Assembly: GCF_036321535.1 (NCBI RefSeq)
Contig: NC_087436.1
Coordinates: 23,996,001 to 24,060,000 of the forward strand
Source: Camelus dromedarius
Taxonomy: Eukaryota
Reading direction: 5' to 3'
DNA: 64,000 nucleotides
Every line of letters starts with the position of its first letter. Position 1 is the stretch's first letter. The translations under genes were made by a program, and so were the position numbers. Shown in pieces: positions 11,751 through 24,470 of this stretch. Below the pieces are notes generated by a model, which saw nothing but the letters and a program-made list of their open reading frames with translations, was not told where the DNA came from and did no database searches.

Positions 11751-14700
11751 GAAAATTCCTTTTGAGGCAGAGAATCTGATTTCTAAAAATTAAGTCGGGC
11801 AATTGACTAATACACAAAAAAAAAATTTGTAACTGTCACAAATCAGAAACTCACATCTCTATGGCCAGCATGTTTGCTCCCTGTAGCCAGATTTATAGGA
11901 ATTAAATCAAGGGGTTGCCTTGGTGACAATAGAATTAGAACAAAGGAAACATTCTGTAATTCAGACGTTTTTAAAGATACAAAGTTTTAATATGCTGGTG
12001 GGCCCATCTTTTTTTTTTTAAGTATTGTTGATTTAAAATGTGTTTCAGGTGTACAGCAAAGTGATTCAGTTAAACATTTACATATATATTTCTTTCTTAG
12101 GTCCTTTTCCATTAAAGGTTATTACAGGATTTCCCTGGGCTATACAGTAGGTCCTTGTTGTTTATTTTATGTATGGTAGTGTGTATATGTTAATCCCAAA
12201 CTCCTAACTTACCCCTCCTCCCAATCCCTTTCCCCGTTGGCAACCATAATTTGTTTTCTATGGAAGTTTGTTTTCAGTTTGCAAATAAGTTCATTTGTAT
12301 TTTTTATTCCACATATAAATGATATTCATATGATATTTATCTTTCCCTGTCTGACTTCACTTAACATGATAATCTCTAGGTCCATCCATGTTGCTGCAGA
12401 TGGCATTATTTCATTCTTTTTATGGCAGAGTAATATTCCATTGTGTATGTATAACCACATCTTTATCCAGTCATCTGTCTATGGACATTCAGGTTGCTTC
12501 CATGTCTTGGCTATTGTATATAGTGCTGCTATCAACATTGGGGTGCATGTGACTTTTTGAATTAGAGTTTTCTCTTGATATATGCCCAGGAGTAGGATTG
12601 CTGGATCATATGGTAACTATGTTTTTAGTTTTTTAAGGAACCTCCAGACTGTTTTCCATAGTGGCTGCACCAAACTGCATTCCCACCAGCAGTGCAGGAG
12701 GATTCCCTTTTCTCCACATCCTTTCCAGCATTTATCATTCGTGGACTTTCGAATGGTGGCCATTCTAACTGGTGTGAGGTGATACCTCATTGTAGTTTTG
12801 ATTTGCATTTCTCTGATAATTAATGATACTGAGCATTTTTGCATGTGCATGTAGGCCATTTGTGGGTCTTCACTGGAGAATTACTTGTTTTAGGTCTTCT
12901 GCCCATTTTTGGATTGGGTTATTTTTGTTGTTGTTGTTAAGTTGTATGACTTGTTTATATATTCTGGAAATTAAGCCTCTGTAAGTCACATCACTTGCAA
13001 ATATTTTCTCTCATTCCATAGGTTGTCTTTTAATTTTACTTATTTTATTTACTTTGCTTTGCAGAAGCTTATAAGTTTAATTAGGTCCCATTTTCAATTT
13101 TTGCTTTTATTTTCATTGCCTGGATAGACTGTGCTAGGAGAACATTGCTAAGATTTATGTCAGAGAATGTTTTGCCTATGTTCTCTTCTAGGAGATTTAT
13201 TGTGTCTTGTCTTATATTTAAGTCTTTGAATCATTTTGAATTTATTTTTGTGTATAGAGTGAGAGAGTGTTGTAACTTCATTGATTTACATGCTGCTGTC
13301 CAGTTTTCCCAGCATCACTTGTTGAAGAGACTTTTTCTCCATTGTATATTCTTGCCCCCTTTGTCGAAGGTTAGTTGACTGTAGGTCTGTGGGTTTATTT
13401 TTGGGCCCCCTATTCTGTTCCATTGATCCATATGTCTGTTTTTATGCCAATACCATGCTCTTTTAATTACTGTAGCTCTGTAGTATTGTCTGAAGTCTGA
13501 GAAGGTTATTCCTCCAGCTTTGTTCTTTTTCTTCAGTATTGCTTTGGCAATTCTGGGTCTTCTATGATACCATATAAATTTTAGGATTATTCTAATTTTG
13601 TAAAAATTGTCCTGGGTAATTTGATAGGGATCGCATTAAATCTGTAGATTGCCTTGGGCAGTATGGCCATTTCAACAATATTGATTCTTCCAATCCAAAA
13701 GCATGGGCTATTTTTTCATTTCTTTAAGTCTTCTTTAATTTCTTTAATCAATGCTTTGTAGTCCTCCACATATAAGACTTTCACCTCCTTGGTCAGATTT
13801 ATTCCTAAGTATTTTACTCTTTTGGGTGCAATTTTAAAAGAGATAATTTCTTTACTTTCTTTTCTTGTTGATTCATTGTTAGTGTGAAGAAATGCAACTG
13901 ATTTCTGTGTGTTAATCTTGTACCCTGCTACCTTGCCTAATTCTTTTATCAGATCTAGTAGTTTTGCATGGAGCTTTTATGGTTTTCTATGTATAGTATC
14001 ATGTCATCTGCACATAGTGATAATTTTACCTCTTCTCTTCCAATTTGGATCCCTTTTATCTCTCTCTCTTGCCTGATTGCTGTGGCTAGGCCTTCCAAGA
14101 CTATGTTGAGTAGAAGTGACAGTGGGCATCCTTGTCTGGTTCCAGATTTTAGTGGGGAGGCTTTCAGTTTTTCACCATGGGGTACTATGCTGGCTGTGGG
14201 TTTGTCATTAATAGCCTTTATTTATGTTGAGATATGTTCCTTCTATACCCACTTTGGTTAGAGTTTTTATCATAAATAGGTGTTGAATTTTATCAAATGC
14301 TTTTTCTGCATCTATTGAGGTGATCATGTGATTTTTGTCCTTTCTTTTGTTAATGTAGTATATCACATTGATTGATTTGCATATGTTGAACTATCCTTGT
14401 GTCCCTGGGATGAAATCAACTTGATCATGGTGTATAATCTTTTTTATGTGTTGTTGGATTCTGTTTGCTAATATTTTGTTGAGGATTTTTGCATCCATTT
14501 TCATTAGTGATATTGGCCTGTAATTTTCTTTTTTGATAGTGTCTTTAGTTTTGGTATCAGGGTGATGGTGGCTTCCCAGAATGAGTTTGGGAGTACTCTG
14601 TCCTTTTCAATCTTTTGGAAGAGTTTGACAAGGATTGGTATGAGTTCTTTGTATGTTTGGTAGAATTCCCCAGTGAAGCCATCTGGTCCTAGAATTTTGT

Positions 14701-16075
14701 TTGTAGGTATGTTTTTTTATCGCTGATTCTATTTCATTTCTAGTGATTAGTCTGTTCAAGTAGTCTATTTTTTCTTGATTCAATCTTGGTTGTGTATGTT
14801 TCCAGAAACTTTTCCATTTCTTCTAGGTTGTCCAATTTGTTTTCATGTAGTTGTTCATAGTATCTCTTATGGTTTTTTGTATTTCTATGGTATTGGTTGT
14901 AATTTCTCCATTTTCCTTTCTTATTTTATTTATGTTCTCTCTCTTCTTGGTGAGCCTGGTCAGAGGTTTGTCAATTTTGTTTATTCTTTCAAAAAAAAAG
15001 CAGCTCTTGATTTGAATTTTTTTCTATTGTTTAAGATCTCTATTTATTTCCTCCCTGATCTTTATTGTTTCCTTTCTTCTATTGACTTTAGGTTTCGTTT
15101 TCTCCTCTTTTTCTACTTCTTTTAGGTGATAGGTTAGGTTGTTTACTTGAACCATTCTTGTTTTTTGAGGAAGGCCTGTATCACTAGGAACTTCCCTCTT
15201 AGACTTCCTTTGCTGCATCCTATAGATTTTGTGAGGTTGTGTTTTTTTTTTTTAATTTTACATTTTTTATTGACAAAGTCATTTTACAATGTTGTGTCAA
15301 ATTCTAATGTAGAGCACAATTTTCCAGTTATACATGAATATATATATATTCATTGTCACATTTTTTTTCACTATCACAAGATCTTGTATATATTTCCCTG
15401 TGCTATACAGTATAACCTTGTTTATCTATTCTGAATTTTAAAATCCCAGTCTGTCCCTTCCCACCCCTCACTCCCTTGGCAACCACAAGTTTGTATTCTA
15501 TGTCTATGAGTCTGTTTCTGTTTTGTATTTCTGTTTTGTTTTGTTTTGTTTTGTTTTGTTTTGTTTTTAGATTCCTCATATGAGCGACCTCATATGGTAT
15601 TTTTCTTTCTCTTTCTGGCTTACTTCACTTAGAATGACATTCTCCAGGAACATCCATGTTGCTGCAAATGGCATTATGTTGTCCATTTTTGTGGCTGAAT
15701 AGTATTCCATCATATAAGTATACCACCTCTTCTTTATTCAGTCATCTGTTGATGGACATTTAGGCTGTTTCCATGCCTTGGCTATTGTAAATAGTGCTGC
15801 TATGAACATTGGGGTGCAGGTGTCATTTTGAAGTAGGGTTCCTTCTGGATATATGCCCAGGAGCAGGATTCCTGGGTCATATGGTAAGTCTATTCCTAGT
15901 CTTTTGAGGAATCTCCATACTGTTTTCCACAGTGGCTTTCCTTGCTTCCCTCTCCCACTCTTAATGATTTAGATGTCTTCTTTTACAATTTTGTGTTTAT
16001 TCTTTTTGTAATTCATGGCAGTTATCTCCTTTCCAGTTATGAGTTTCTCATTTTTGTAGCATCCTGCTTTTCTAT

Positions 16076-16958
16076 TTAGAGTAGACCTGTCAATATTTCT
16101 TTTAGCATGGGTTTAGTGTTGCTAAACTCTTGTAGTTTTTGCTTGTCTGGGAAGTTCTTTATCTCTCCTTCTATTCTAATGGATAGCCTTGCTGGATAGA
16201 GTATCCTAGGCTGCATCTTTTTTTCATTCAGGACTTTGAATATATCTTGCCACTCCCTTCTGGCCTGTAGTGTTTGTGTAGAGAAATCAGCTGAGAGCCT
16301 TATGGGGGTTCCCTTGTAACTCACTCTTTGTTTTTCTCTTGCTGTCTTGAGGATCATTTCTTTATCCTTGAGTCTGGCCATCTTGATTATGATATGTCTT
16401 GGTGTGGGTCTGTTTGGGTTCTTCCTGTTTGGGACCCTCTGAGCCTCCTGTATCTGATTCCTTTAGGTTTGGGAAGTTTTCAGTCATGATTTCTTCCAAT
16501 ATCTTTTCAATCCCCTTTGTTCTTTCTTCCCCTTCTGGAACCCCTATTATGCGTAGATTGGCGTGCTTTATATTATCCCATAGGTCCCTTATATTGTTTT
16601 CATTGTTTTTTATTTGCTTTTCTCTCAGCTGTTCTGATTGGGTGCTTTCTGTTGTCCTGTCTTCTAGGTCACTTACTCGTTCCTCTGCATTATCTAGCCT
16701 GCTTTGTACAGCCTTTAGGTCAGCTCTCATCTCAGCAAATGAGTTGACTAATTCTGCTTGGTTCTTCTTTATAGCTTCTATTTCATTTTTGACATATTTT
16801 ATATCTCTAAACACTATTTCTTTCAGTTCCTTCAGCACTTTGATCACTCCTTTTTTGAAATCTTAATCTAGTAGGCCATCAATATCTATTTCCTTGATCT
16901 TGCTTTCAGGGGATTTCTCTTGATCTTTTAATTGGGAGTGGTTCCTCTGCTTCTTCAT
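16076..16958 (-). pseudogene. L1 ORF1p of element B, disabled
   Basis: MKKQRNHSQLKDQEKSPE...; premature TAA near 16863 and a frameshifting deletion near 16450 (track ORFs 16362..16847 and 16076..16381). Confidence 0.85.
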
Positions 16959-17158
16959 ATTGCTCTTATCTCTCTGGCCCTGTGGCTTAAGGAGTATCAG
17001 TTATCTAGTTCTTCTGGAGATGGTGTGCTCTTAATGATTTTATCGAGAGGTCTTTGTGTCTTCACCCTGTTTCGTGTACTCAGCTTGCTGTTTCCAGAGG
17101 CCCTCTGTTGGCGCCCTAGTCTGTGCTGCTCCCAGTGGCTGCCAGCTAGCAGATCATG

Positions 17159-17380
17159 CCCCCTCCCAACACTGGGTCAGGTGCTGAGCTCTTACCCGGT
17201 GGGCAGGCGGGTCACTCCCCCTCCCGACGCCGCAGTCAGATGCTGCGCTCAGGTGAGGCAGGTGGGCTGATCGCGCCCCCTCCCAGCACTGTGGTCAGGT
17301 GCTACATTCCTGCCAGGAAGGTGGGGGGCTGCCACACCCTCTCCCGGCGCTGGTCGCTTCACTGCTCTGTGCAGCTGCCT
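17159..17380. repeat. ~59-bp imperfect tandem repeats in the 5' UTR of element B
   Basis: cccctccc motif, mostly followed by gtcagNtgct, recurs at ~17159, 17217, 17276 and 17337. Confidence 0.6.
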
Positions 17381-20300
17381 GCTCCACCTTGGGTCGGGGC
17401 TCCAAAGACGGACTTGGGGAAGACCACAGAATGGCCCCACCCCTGCTCCGTGCCAAATCTCAGCTTCTTGTTTGTCTTGGCAGCGCGAGTTCTCTGAGGG
17501 ACCAGGGCAGAAAGATCCTATCTGCCTCGGGTTGTAAACAAGTCTCAGTCCTGCCTAGGAGGTTGCAGAGCCCCTGGGTGCAGATTCAGGTCTCAGCCCC
17601 ACCCCTGCCCAGGCACTGCGCACAGGAGGAGATGGCGGCTGTAGCTGAGCCCCACCTCTCTTCTCGCGAGAAGGGCCAGCATTGGTGGTGCAGGTCTGAG
17701 GAGACAAAGGCTATGGCGCCCCTCCCCACAGGGCACACCAGCTGTGTTGCTTTGCTTTTTTGCAATTTATGGGGGACCGAAGTGGTTCTGCTCTGTATCC
17801 CCTCCCAGCCACGGCACACAGCACCCTGCAGTCCCCCGGGGCTGCCTCAGTGCAGCCGCCCCAATCCTCCACCCAGCTCAGGCAGCCTGTCCCAGCCCCC
17901 AGCTGCCAGCTCATGTCTCAGGCTGGGTGTCGCAGGGACCCTTTGTGCCCATTTAACTCAGTTCTGTTGGTCAAGGGATGCTTGGGCAGATCTGAACCTT
18001 GGAGGCTCGCCCTCTGTCCTGCTGGCCTTTCCGTTGGAGAGAGGAGACCCAGTGAACGAGCGCCAGTCCTCCTTTGCCACTCCCTCCCCACAGGATCGGT
18101 CCCACACTGTTTTGCTTTTTCTTTCTTTTTTCCTTTTCTCCTGCCAGATTTTTGGTGTCTTTTTCAAAGAGGGCGATGTTCTGTCGGAGTTTGGCAGGTG
18201 CTCTGGTTGGCTGAGTGGGTCTGTAGATGTGAGTTTTGGTGTATTTGTGGGAGAGGGTGAGCTACAAGCGTCCTTCTACTCCGCCGTCTTGCTTCTCCCC
18301 CTCCTGTGAGGTTGTGTTTTCATTGTCATTTGTCTCAAAAGTATTTTTTAATTTCTTCTTTGATTTCATCATTGATCTATTGGGTTTTTTAGTGGCATGT
18401 CGTTTAATCTGCATGCTGTCATTTTTTTCTCATTTGTTTTTCTGTGGTTGATTTCTGTTTCATGCCATTGTGGTCAGAAAAGATGCTTGAAATAATTTCT
18501 ATTCTCTTAAATTTGTTGAGGTTTCTTTTGTGCCCAAGTATATGATCTATCCTAGAGAATGTTCCATGAGCACATGCAAAGCATATATATTCTGTTTTGG
18601 GGGGATGCAGTGTCCTAAAAATATCAACCAAGTCCAACTATTCTATTGTGTCATTTAGTATCTCCATGGCCTTATTGATTTTTCTGTCTGGAAGATCTGT
18701 CCAATGATGTTAACAGGGTGTTAAAGTCTCCTACTATGATTGCATTCCCATCAGTTTCTCCCTTTATATCTGTTAGTATTTGCTTTATATATTTAGGTGT
18801 TCCTATATTGGGTGCATATATGTTAATGAATGTAATAGCCTCATCTTAATCATTATATAGTGTCCTTCTTTATCTTTCTTTATGGGCTTTGTTTTAAAGT
18901 TTATTTTGTCTGATAGGAGTATTGCTACTCCTGCTTTCTTGTCATTTCCATTCGCATGAAATATCTTTTTCCATGCTCTCACTTTCATTCTATGTGTGTT
19001 CTTCACTCTAAAGTGGGTCTCTTGTAGGCAGGATATTGTAGGGTTTTGTTTTATTATCCAATCTGCCACTCTGTGTCTTTTGATTAGAGCATTTAGTCCA
19101 TTGACAGTTATAGTAATTATTGATGTGTGTTTACTATAACATCCTCTTTTACATCTTCATTTTTATTCTATTGTAACTCATTTTAGTTATCACATTTCCA
19201 ATTAGGGTTTTCTCCTTTCTATAGGGTCCTGCTTCTTTTCTGTTTAGAACAGACCCTTCAATATTTCTTTGAGCATAGGCTTAGTATTGCTGACTTCTTT
19301 AAGTTTTTGCTGGTCTGTGAAATTCTTTCTTTCTATTGTAAAGGGTAGTCTTGCCAGATAGAGTATCCTCAGTTGCAGCTTTTCTCATTCAGGACTTTGA
19401 ATATATCTTGCCACTCCCTTCTGGCTAGCAGTGTTTGTGTAGAAAAATCAGCTGAAAGCCTTATGGGAGTTCCCTTGTAACTAACTTTTTTTTCCCCTCA
19501 TGCTGCCTTTAGAATCATTGCTTTATCTTTAACCTTGGCCATTTTAATTATAATATGTCTTGGTGTAGGTCTGTTTGGGTTCTTCTTGTTTGGGACCCTC
19601 TGTGCTTCCTGTACTTGGATATATGATTCCTTCTTTAGGTTTGGGAAGTTTTCAGTCATGATTTCTTCAGGTACCTTTTCAATCCCCTTTTCTCTTTCTT
19701 GTCCTTCTGGGACCCCTATTATGCATAGATTGGGATGCTTTATATTATCCCATAGGTCCCTTATATTGCTTTCATTAGTTTTCATTTGGCTTTTTGGTTT
19801 GTTCTGATTGGATGATTTCTGTTATCCTGTCTTCTATGTCACTTACTCACTCCTCTGCATTATCTAGTCTGCTTTTGACTGCCTTTAGCTTGGCTTTTAT
19901 CTCAGCCATTGAGTTTTCTGTTTATAATTGGCTCCTTTTTATGATTTATATTTTCTTTTTATAGTATTCTGCATATTTATTCACAGTCTCTCATTTCCTT
20001 CAATGCTTTTATCATCTCCTTTTTGAAGGCATGAACTGGTAGACTGTCGAGGTCCATTTCATTGATTGTTCATTCTGAGGTCTTCTCTTGTTCTTTTAAT
20101 TTGGAGTAGTTCCTCTGCTTCTTCATTTTACTTGTATCTCTCTGACGCTATGGATTATGGAGTATCAGTTATCTACTGTGGTCTTGAAGGTCTATTTTTT
20201 GTTTTATATATTTTTTGAAAGAGGATGCATTCCTGTCTACACTGTGTGCCTCTAATAATTTTGTTGCTAGGTTTGTTTTTAGTATGGGTGGTTGCCACGT

Positions 20301-22767
20301 CTTTCTTCTCAGTGTTGGCTGTTATCCCTTTGATTGGGGGTGTGGCCGGTCTTGTGACCAGAGCCTGCCCTGGTTGTTGAGTGGGATCTCCTTTTTGTTC
20401 TGTGGTGGTTAAAGCACTGACAGGGGCTGGGTCTGTTCCCCTTTTGTTGGAATGGAGGCTTCTAGACCTGTTTCTGAGCTGCAGTGCGTGGTATATGGGG
20501 TTGGAGCACTTCAAATACTCTTTGCTGATGCTGCCTTTGTCCCCGCTTTAGCCACAAGAATGTCAGTACTCTGCTCAGGTGTCCCCCAGGTTCTCTGTCC
20601 TCAGAGCTACCAGTGCAGATCTGCTGACATCTGGGTCACACACCCTGAATTGTAGTGCACTATTGGGTCAGCACTGTCTGAAGTGCCGCATCTGCGAATG
20701 GTAGACAGGCCTGCTGAAAACTCTGCACCTGCACTCGCCCCCACCATGTGCCGGAACTCAGCTTCTTGCTCATTTGTCTTAGAGCCCTGGGTCCACAAAG
20801 GCACCCGTGGATCAAATAGGTCCCCTATGCCTGGGACTGTAAACAAATCTCAGTCCTGCCTGTGAAGTTGAGGAGTCCTTTGGTATGGATTCAGATTTCA
20901 ACCCCACCTCTGCCTTGGAGCCACGCATCAGTGAATATGGTGGCTAAGGCTGAACCCTGCCTCTCTTCTCCCAAGAACACACCAGTGATGGTGCTGCAGG
21001 CCTGTGGACATAATGGCTATGGCCCAGCTGCATTGCACCCATACCCACAATGCAGCAGTGTTGTTTTTTCTTTTTTATGGGGGACCCAGGATATTCTGTT
21101 CTATATACACTCCCAACCACAGCCCACAATACACTCCAGCCCCCTGGAGTCCCCTGAAACTGCCTCTGTGCAGTTGGCCCCAGCCCTCCACCTAGCTCAG
21201 GCAGTCAGTCCCAGCCCACTCCTGCCAGCGCACGTCTAGGGCTGGGAATCACAGGGACCCTTTGTGTTGGTTTCTCTGAGTTCTGTTGGCCAAGAGATTG
21301 CTGTACACTCCTGAGTCGAGGTTCCCCTTCCATCCTCACTGACCTCTCTGTTGGAGATGGGACATCCCAGCATAAGAATGCTATTCCTCCTTTGCCACTC
21401 CCACCCTGCAAGACAGGCCCAACACTAATTTCCTTTTTTTTTTGTCCCGTCCTACCAGATTTTGTGAGGAATTTTGTCTTTTGAGAAAGGAAATGTTCTG
21501 TCAAAGTTCAGCAGGAGTTCTGAATGAATGGGTGGATCCATGGATGTCTCTCGTGGGGTATTCATGGGAGAGTGAGCTAAGAGCATTCTTCTACTCTGCC
21601 ATCTTGGCACCCCCAATAATTAGCAGTATTGAGCATTTTTTCATGTGCCTGTTGGCCATCTGTATGTCTTTTTTGGAGAAGTGTCTATTTAGGTCTTCTA
21701 CTCATTTTTTGATTGAGTTGTTTGGGTTTTGTTTTGTTTTGTTTTGTTTTAATACTAAGATATATAAGCTAACTGTAAGCTATTTGTATATCTTGAAATT
21801 AATCCCTTGTTAGTCTCATTGTTTGCAAATATTTTCTCCCACTCCATAGGTTGTCGTTCTGTTTATGGTGTCCTTTGCTGTGCAAAAGCTTTCAAGTTTA
21901 ATCAGGTCCCACTTACTTATTTTTGTTTTTATTTCCATTACTCTAGGAGACAGATCCAAAAAAGTATTTCTGTGATTTATGTTAAGGAGAATTCTACCTA
22001 TATTTTCCTCTAGGAGTTTTAGAATATTTGGTCTTCTTTTTAGGTCTTTAAGCCATTTTGAGTTTACTTTTGTCTATGGTGTTAGAGAATGCTCTAATTT
22101 CATTCTCTTACATGTAGCTGTCCAGTTTCTCCAACACCACTAATTGAAGAGACTGTCTTTTCTCCATTGTTTGTATATTCTTACTACCTTTATTGTAGAT
22201 TAATTGACCATAAGTATGTGGGTTTATTTCTGGGCTTTATCCTGTTCCATTGATCTATGTGTCTCTTTTTGTGTCATTACCATACTGTTTTCACTACTGT
22301 AGCTTTGTAATATAGGCTGAAATCAAGGAGCATGATCCCTCCAGCTCTGTTCTTTCTAAAGATTGTTTTGGCTATTCAGGGTCTTTTGTGTCTCTCTACA
22401 AATTTTAAAATTTCTTCTTCCAGTTCTGTAAATAATGCCATTGGTAATTTGATATGGATTGCATTAAATCTGTAGATTGCTTTGGGTAGTATGGCCATTT
22501 AAACCATATTAATTCTTCCAATCCAAGTGTGTGGGATATTCTTCCATCTTCATCAGTATCTGATAGTTTTCAGAGTACAGGTCTTTTGCTCCCTAGGTAG
22601 ATTTATTCCTAGGTATTTTATCCTTTTTGGTGTGGTAGTAAATGGGATTGTTTCCTTAATTTCTTTTTCTGCTATTTCATTGTTAGTGTATAGAAATGCA
22701 ACTGATTTCTGTACATTAATTTTGTATCCTGCAACTTTACTGAATTCATTGATGTGTTCTAAGTTTT

Positions 22768-24470
22768 TTCATGTTTCAGTTTTATTAGAATTGTTACAAC
22801 TTCACTGCACATATACTATATATTTCATGTAAATACATACACACAATATACTGTACTTTTTAAAAATTTACATATATGTACTGTTGTTTCTAAGAACGTT
22901 TAGGGCTTTAGCTTTTTTAACTTACACAGTTATCAAAGGAATAATGCCAACCACAAAATAAGAATTAATTCAAAAAGATACACACACCCTGCTATTAAAA
23001 GCAACATTATTTATAATTGCCAAGATATGGAAGCATCCTAAATGCACCTCAATAAATGAATGGATAAAGAAGATGCAGCATATGTAAGTAATAGAATACA
23101 ACTCATCCATAAGAAAGAAGGGTATTTTGCCATTTGCAGCCCTTCATTCACTTTTTTTTCACTTCAAAAACCAGAATTTTGTACCAGACATAAACATTTC
23201 CATTGCATCAAAGACAACAAAATACCTAGGAGGTATTAACCAAGGAGGTTACCTGTACTATGAAAACTATAAAACATTGATGAAGGAGATTGAAAATGAT
23301 GCAAAGAAATGGAAAGATATCTTGTGTTCTTGGATTGGAAGAATCAGCATTATCATAATGGCCGTACTTCCCAAAACAATCTACAGATCCAATGCAACTC
23401 CTGTCAAAATACTCACAACATTTTTCACAGAACTAGAACAAACAATTCCAAAATTTATATGGAACCATAAAGACCCCAAACTGCCAAAGCAATCTTTTTT
23501 AGGTCTTTTTTTCCCTCCTTTTTTGTTCTCTTTTCTTATGGTTTGATGACCAAAGAAGTTCCTTTAACATTTGTTGTTAAGCTGGTTTGGTGGTGCTGAA
23601 ATCTTTTCACTTTTATCTGTGAAGTTTTCGATTTCTCCATCAAATCTGAATGAGAGCCTTGCTGGATAGAATATTTTTGGTTGTAAATTTTTCCCTTTCA
23701 TCACTTTAAATATATTTTGCCACTCCCTTCTGGCTTGTAGAGTTTCTGCTGAAAATTCAGCTGATAAACTTATGGGAGTTCCCTTCTATGTTATTTGTTG
23801 CTTTTCTCTTGCTAATTTTAATACTTTATCCTTATCCTTAATATTTGTCAATTTGATAACTGTGCCTTGGTGTGTTTCTCTTCAGGTTGATCCTGTGTAG
23901 AACTCTCTGCACTTCCTGGACTTGGACGACTGTTTCCTTTCCCAAGTTGGGGACATTTTTGGTTACTATATCTCCAAAAATTTTCTCAGGTCCTTTCTCT
24001 TCTTTTTCTGGGACCCCCATAATGTGAACATTATTGTGCTTCATGTTGTCCCAGAGTTCTCTTAAACTATCCTCATTTATTTTCATTCTTTCTTTTTTCT
24101 GTTCTGCAGTAGTGATTTCCACTAATCTGTCTTCTAGCTCATTGATCTGTTCTTCTGCCTCATTTAGTCTATTCTTGGTTCCTTCTAGTGTGTTATCAAT
24201 TTCAGTGATTTTATTCTTCAACTCTGTTTGGATATTCTTTATTCCAACTCTTTGCTAAAAACTTCACTCTGTGCATCTATATTCCTCTTGAGTTCTCTAA
24301 ACATCTTCACCATCATTACTCTAAACTCTTTCTCAGATAAATTGTCTATCTCTTCATCACTTATTTCTTCTGGGATTTTACCTTGTGCCTTGGCCTGGAA
24401 GATATTCCTCTACCACCTCATATTGTCTGTCTTTCTATTTGTACTTTTAGGTGGGCTAGTTACATTTCTC
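22768..24470 (-). mobile_element. Element D: composite half-L1 (ORF1 part + antisense ORF2 fragments + AU-rich tail)
   Basis: TSD GTGTTCTA(GT)AGTTTT at ~22754-22767 and 24471-24486; ORF1 peptide 23838..24221 on -, ORF2 peptide 23127..23546 on +; AATAAA on - at 22781-22786. Confidence 0.8.

Larger units (their letters stand above)
15246..18304 (-). mobile_element. Element B: ORF1-only 'half-L1' (5' UTR + ORF1 + last part of ORF2/3' UTR + poly(A))
   Basis: Perfect 16-bp TSD TGTGAGGTTGTGTTTT at 15230-15245 and 18305-18320; inter-ORF sequence joined directly to the ORF2 end at ~15936. Confidence 0.9.
12600..21614 (-). mobile_element. L1-A: near full-length degenerate LINE-1 (5' UTR ~20127-21614, ORF1 ~19244-20126, ORF2 from ~19069), interrupted by element B
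   Basis: ORF1 and ORF2 peptides in the track (19498..19785, 18803..19069, 18419..18637, 12617..12859); 5' end with YY1-like CAAGATGGC near 21600; many stops and frameshifts. Left boundary is approximate. Confidence 0.9.

Noticed and set aside
12237..15434. Hydrophobic + strand ORFs over L1
   Set aside because: These are the usual antisense frames of A-rich L1 sequence.
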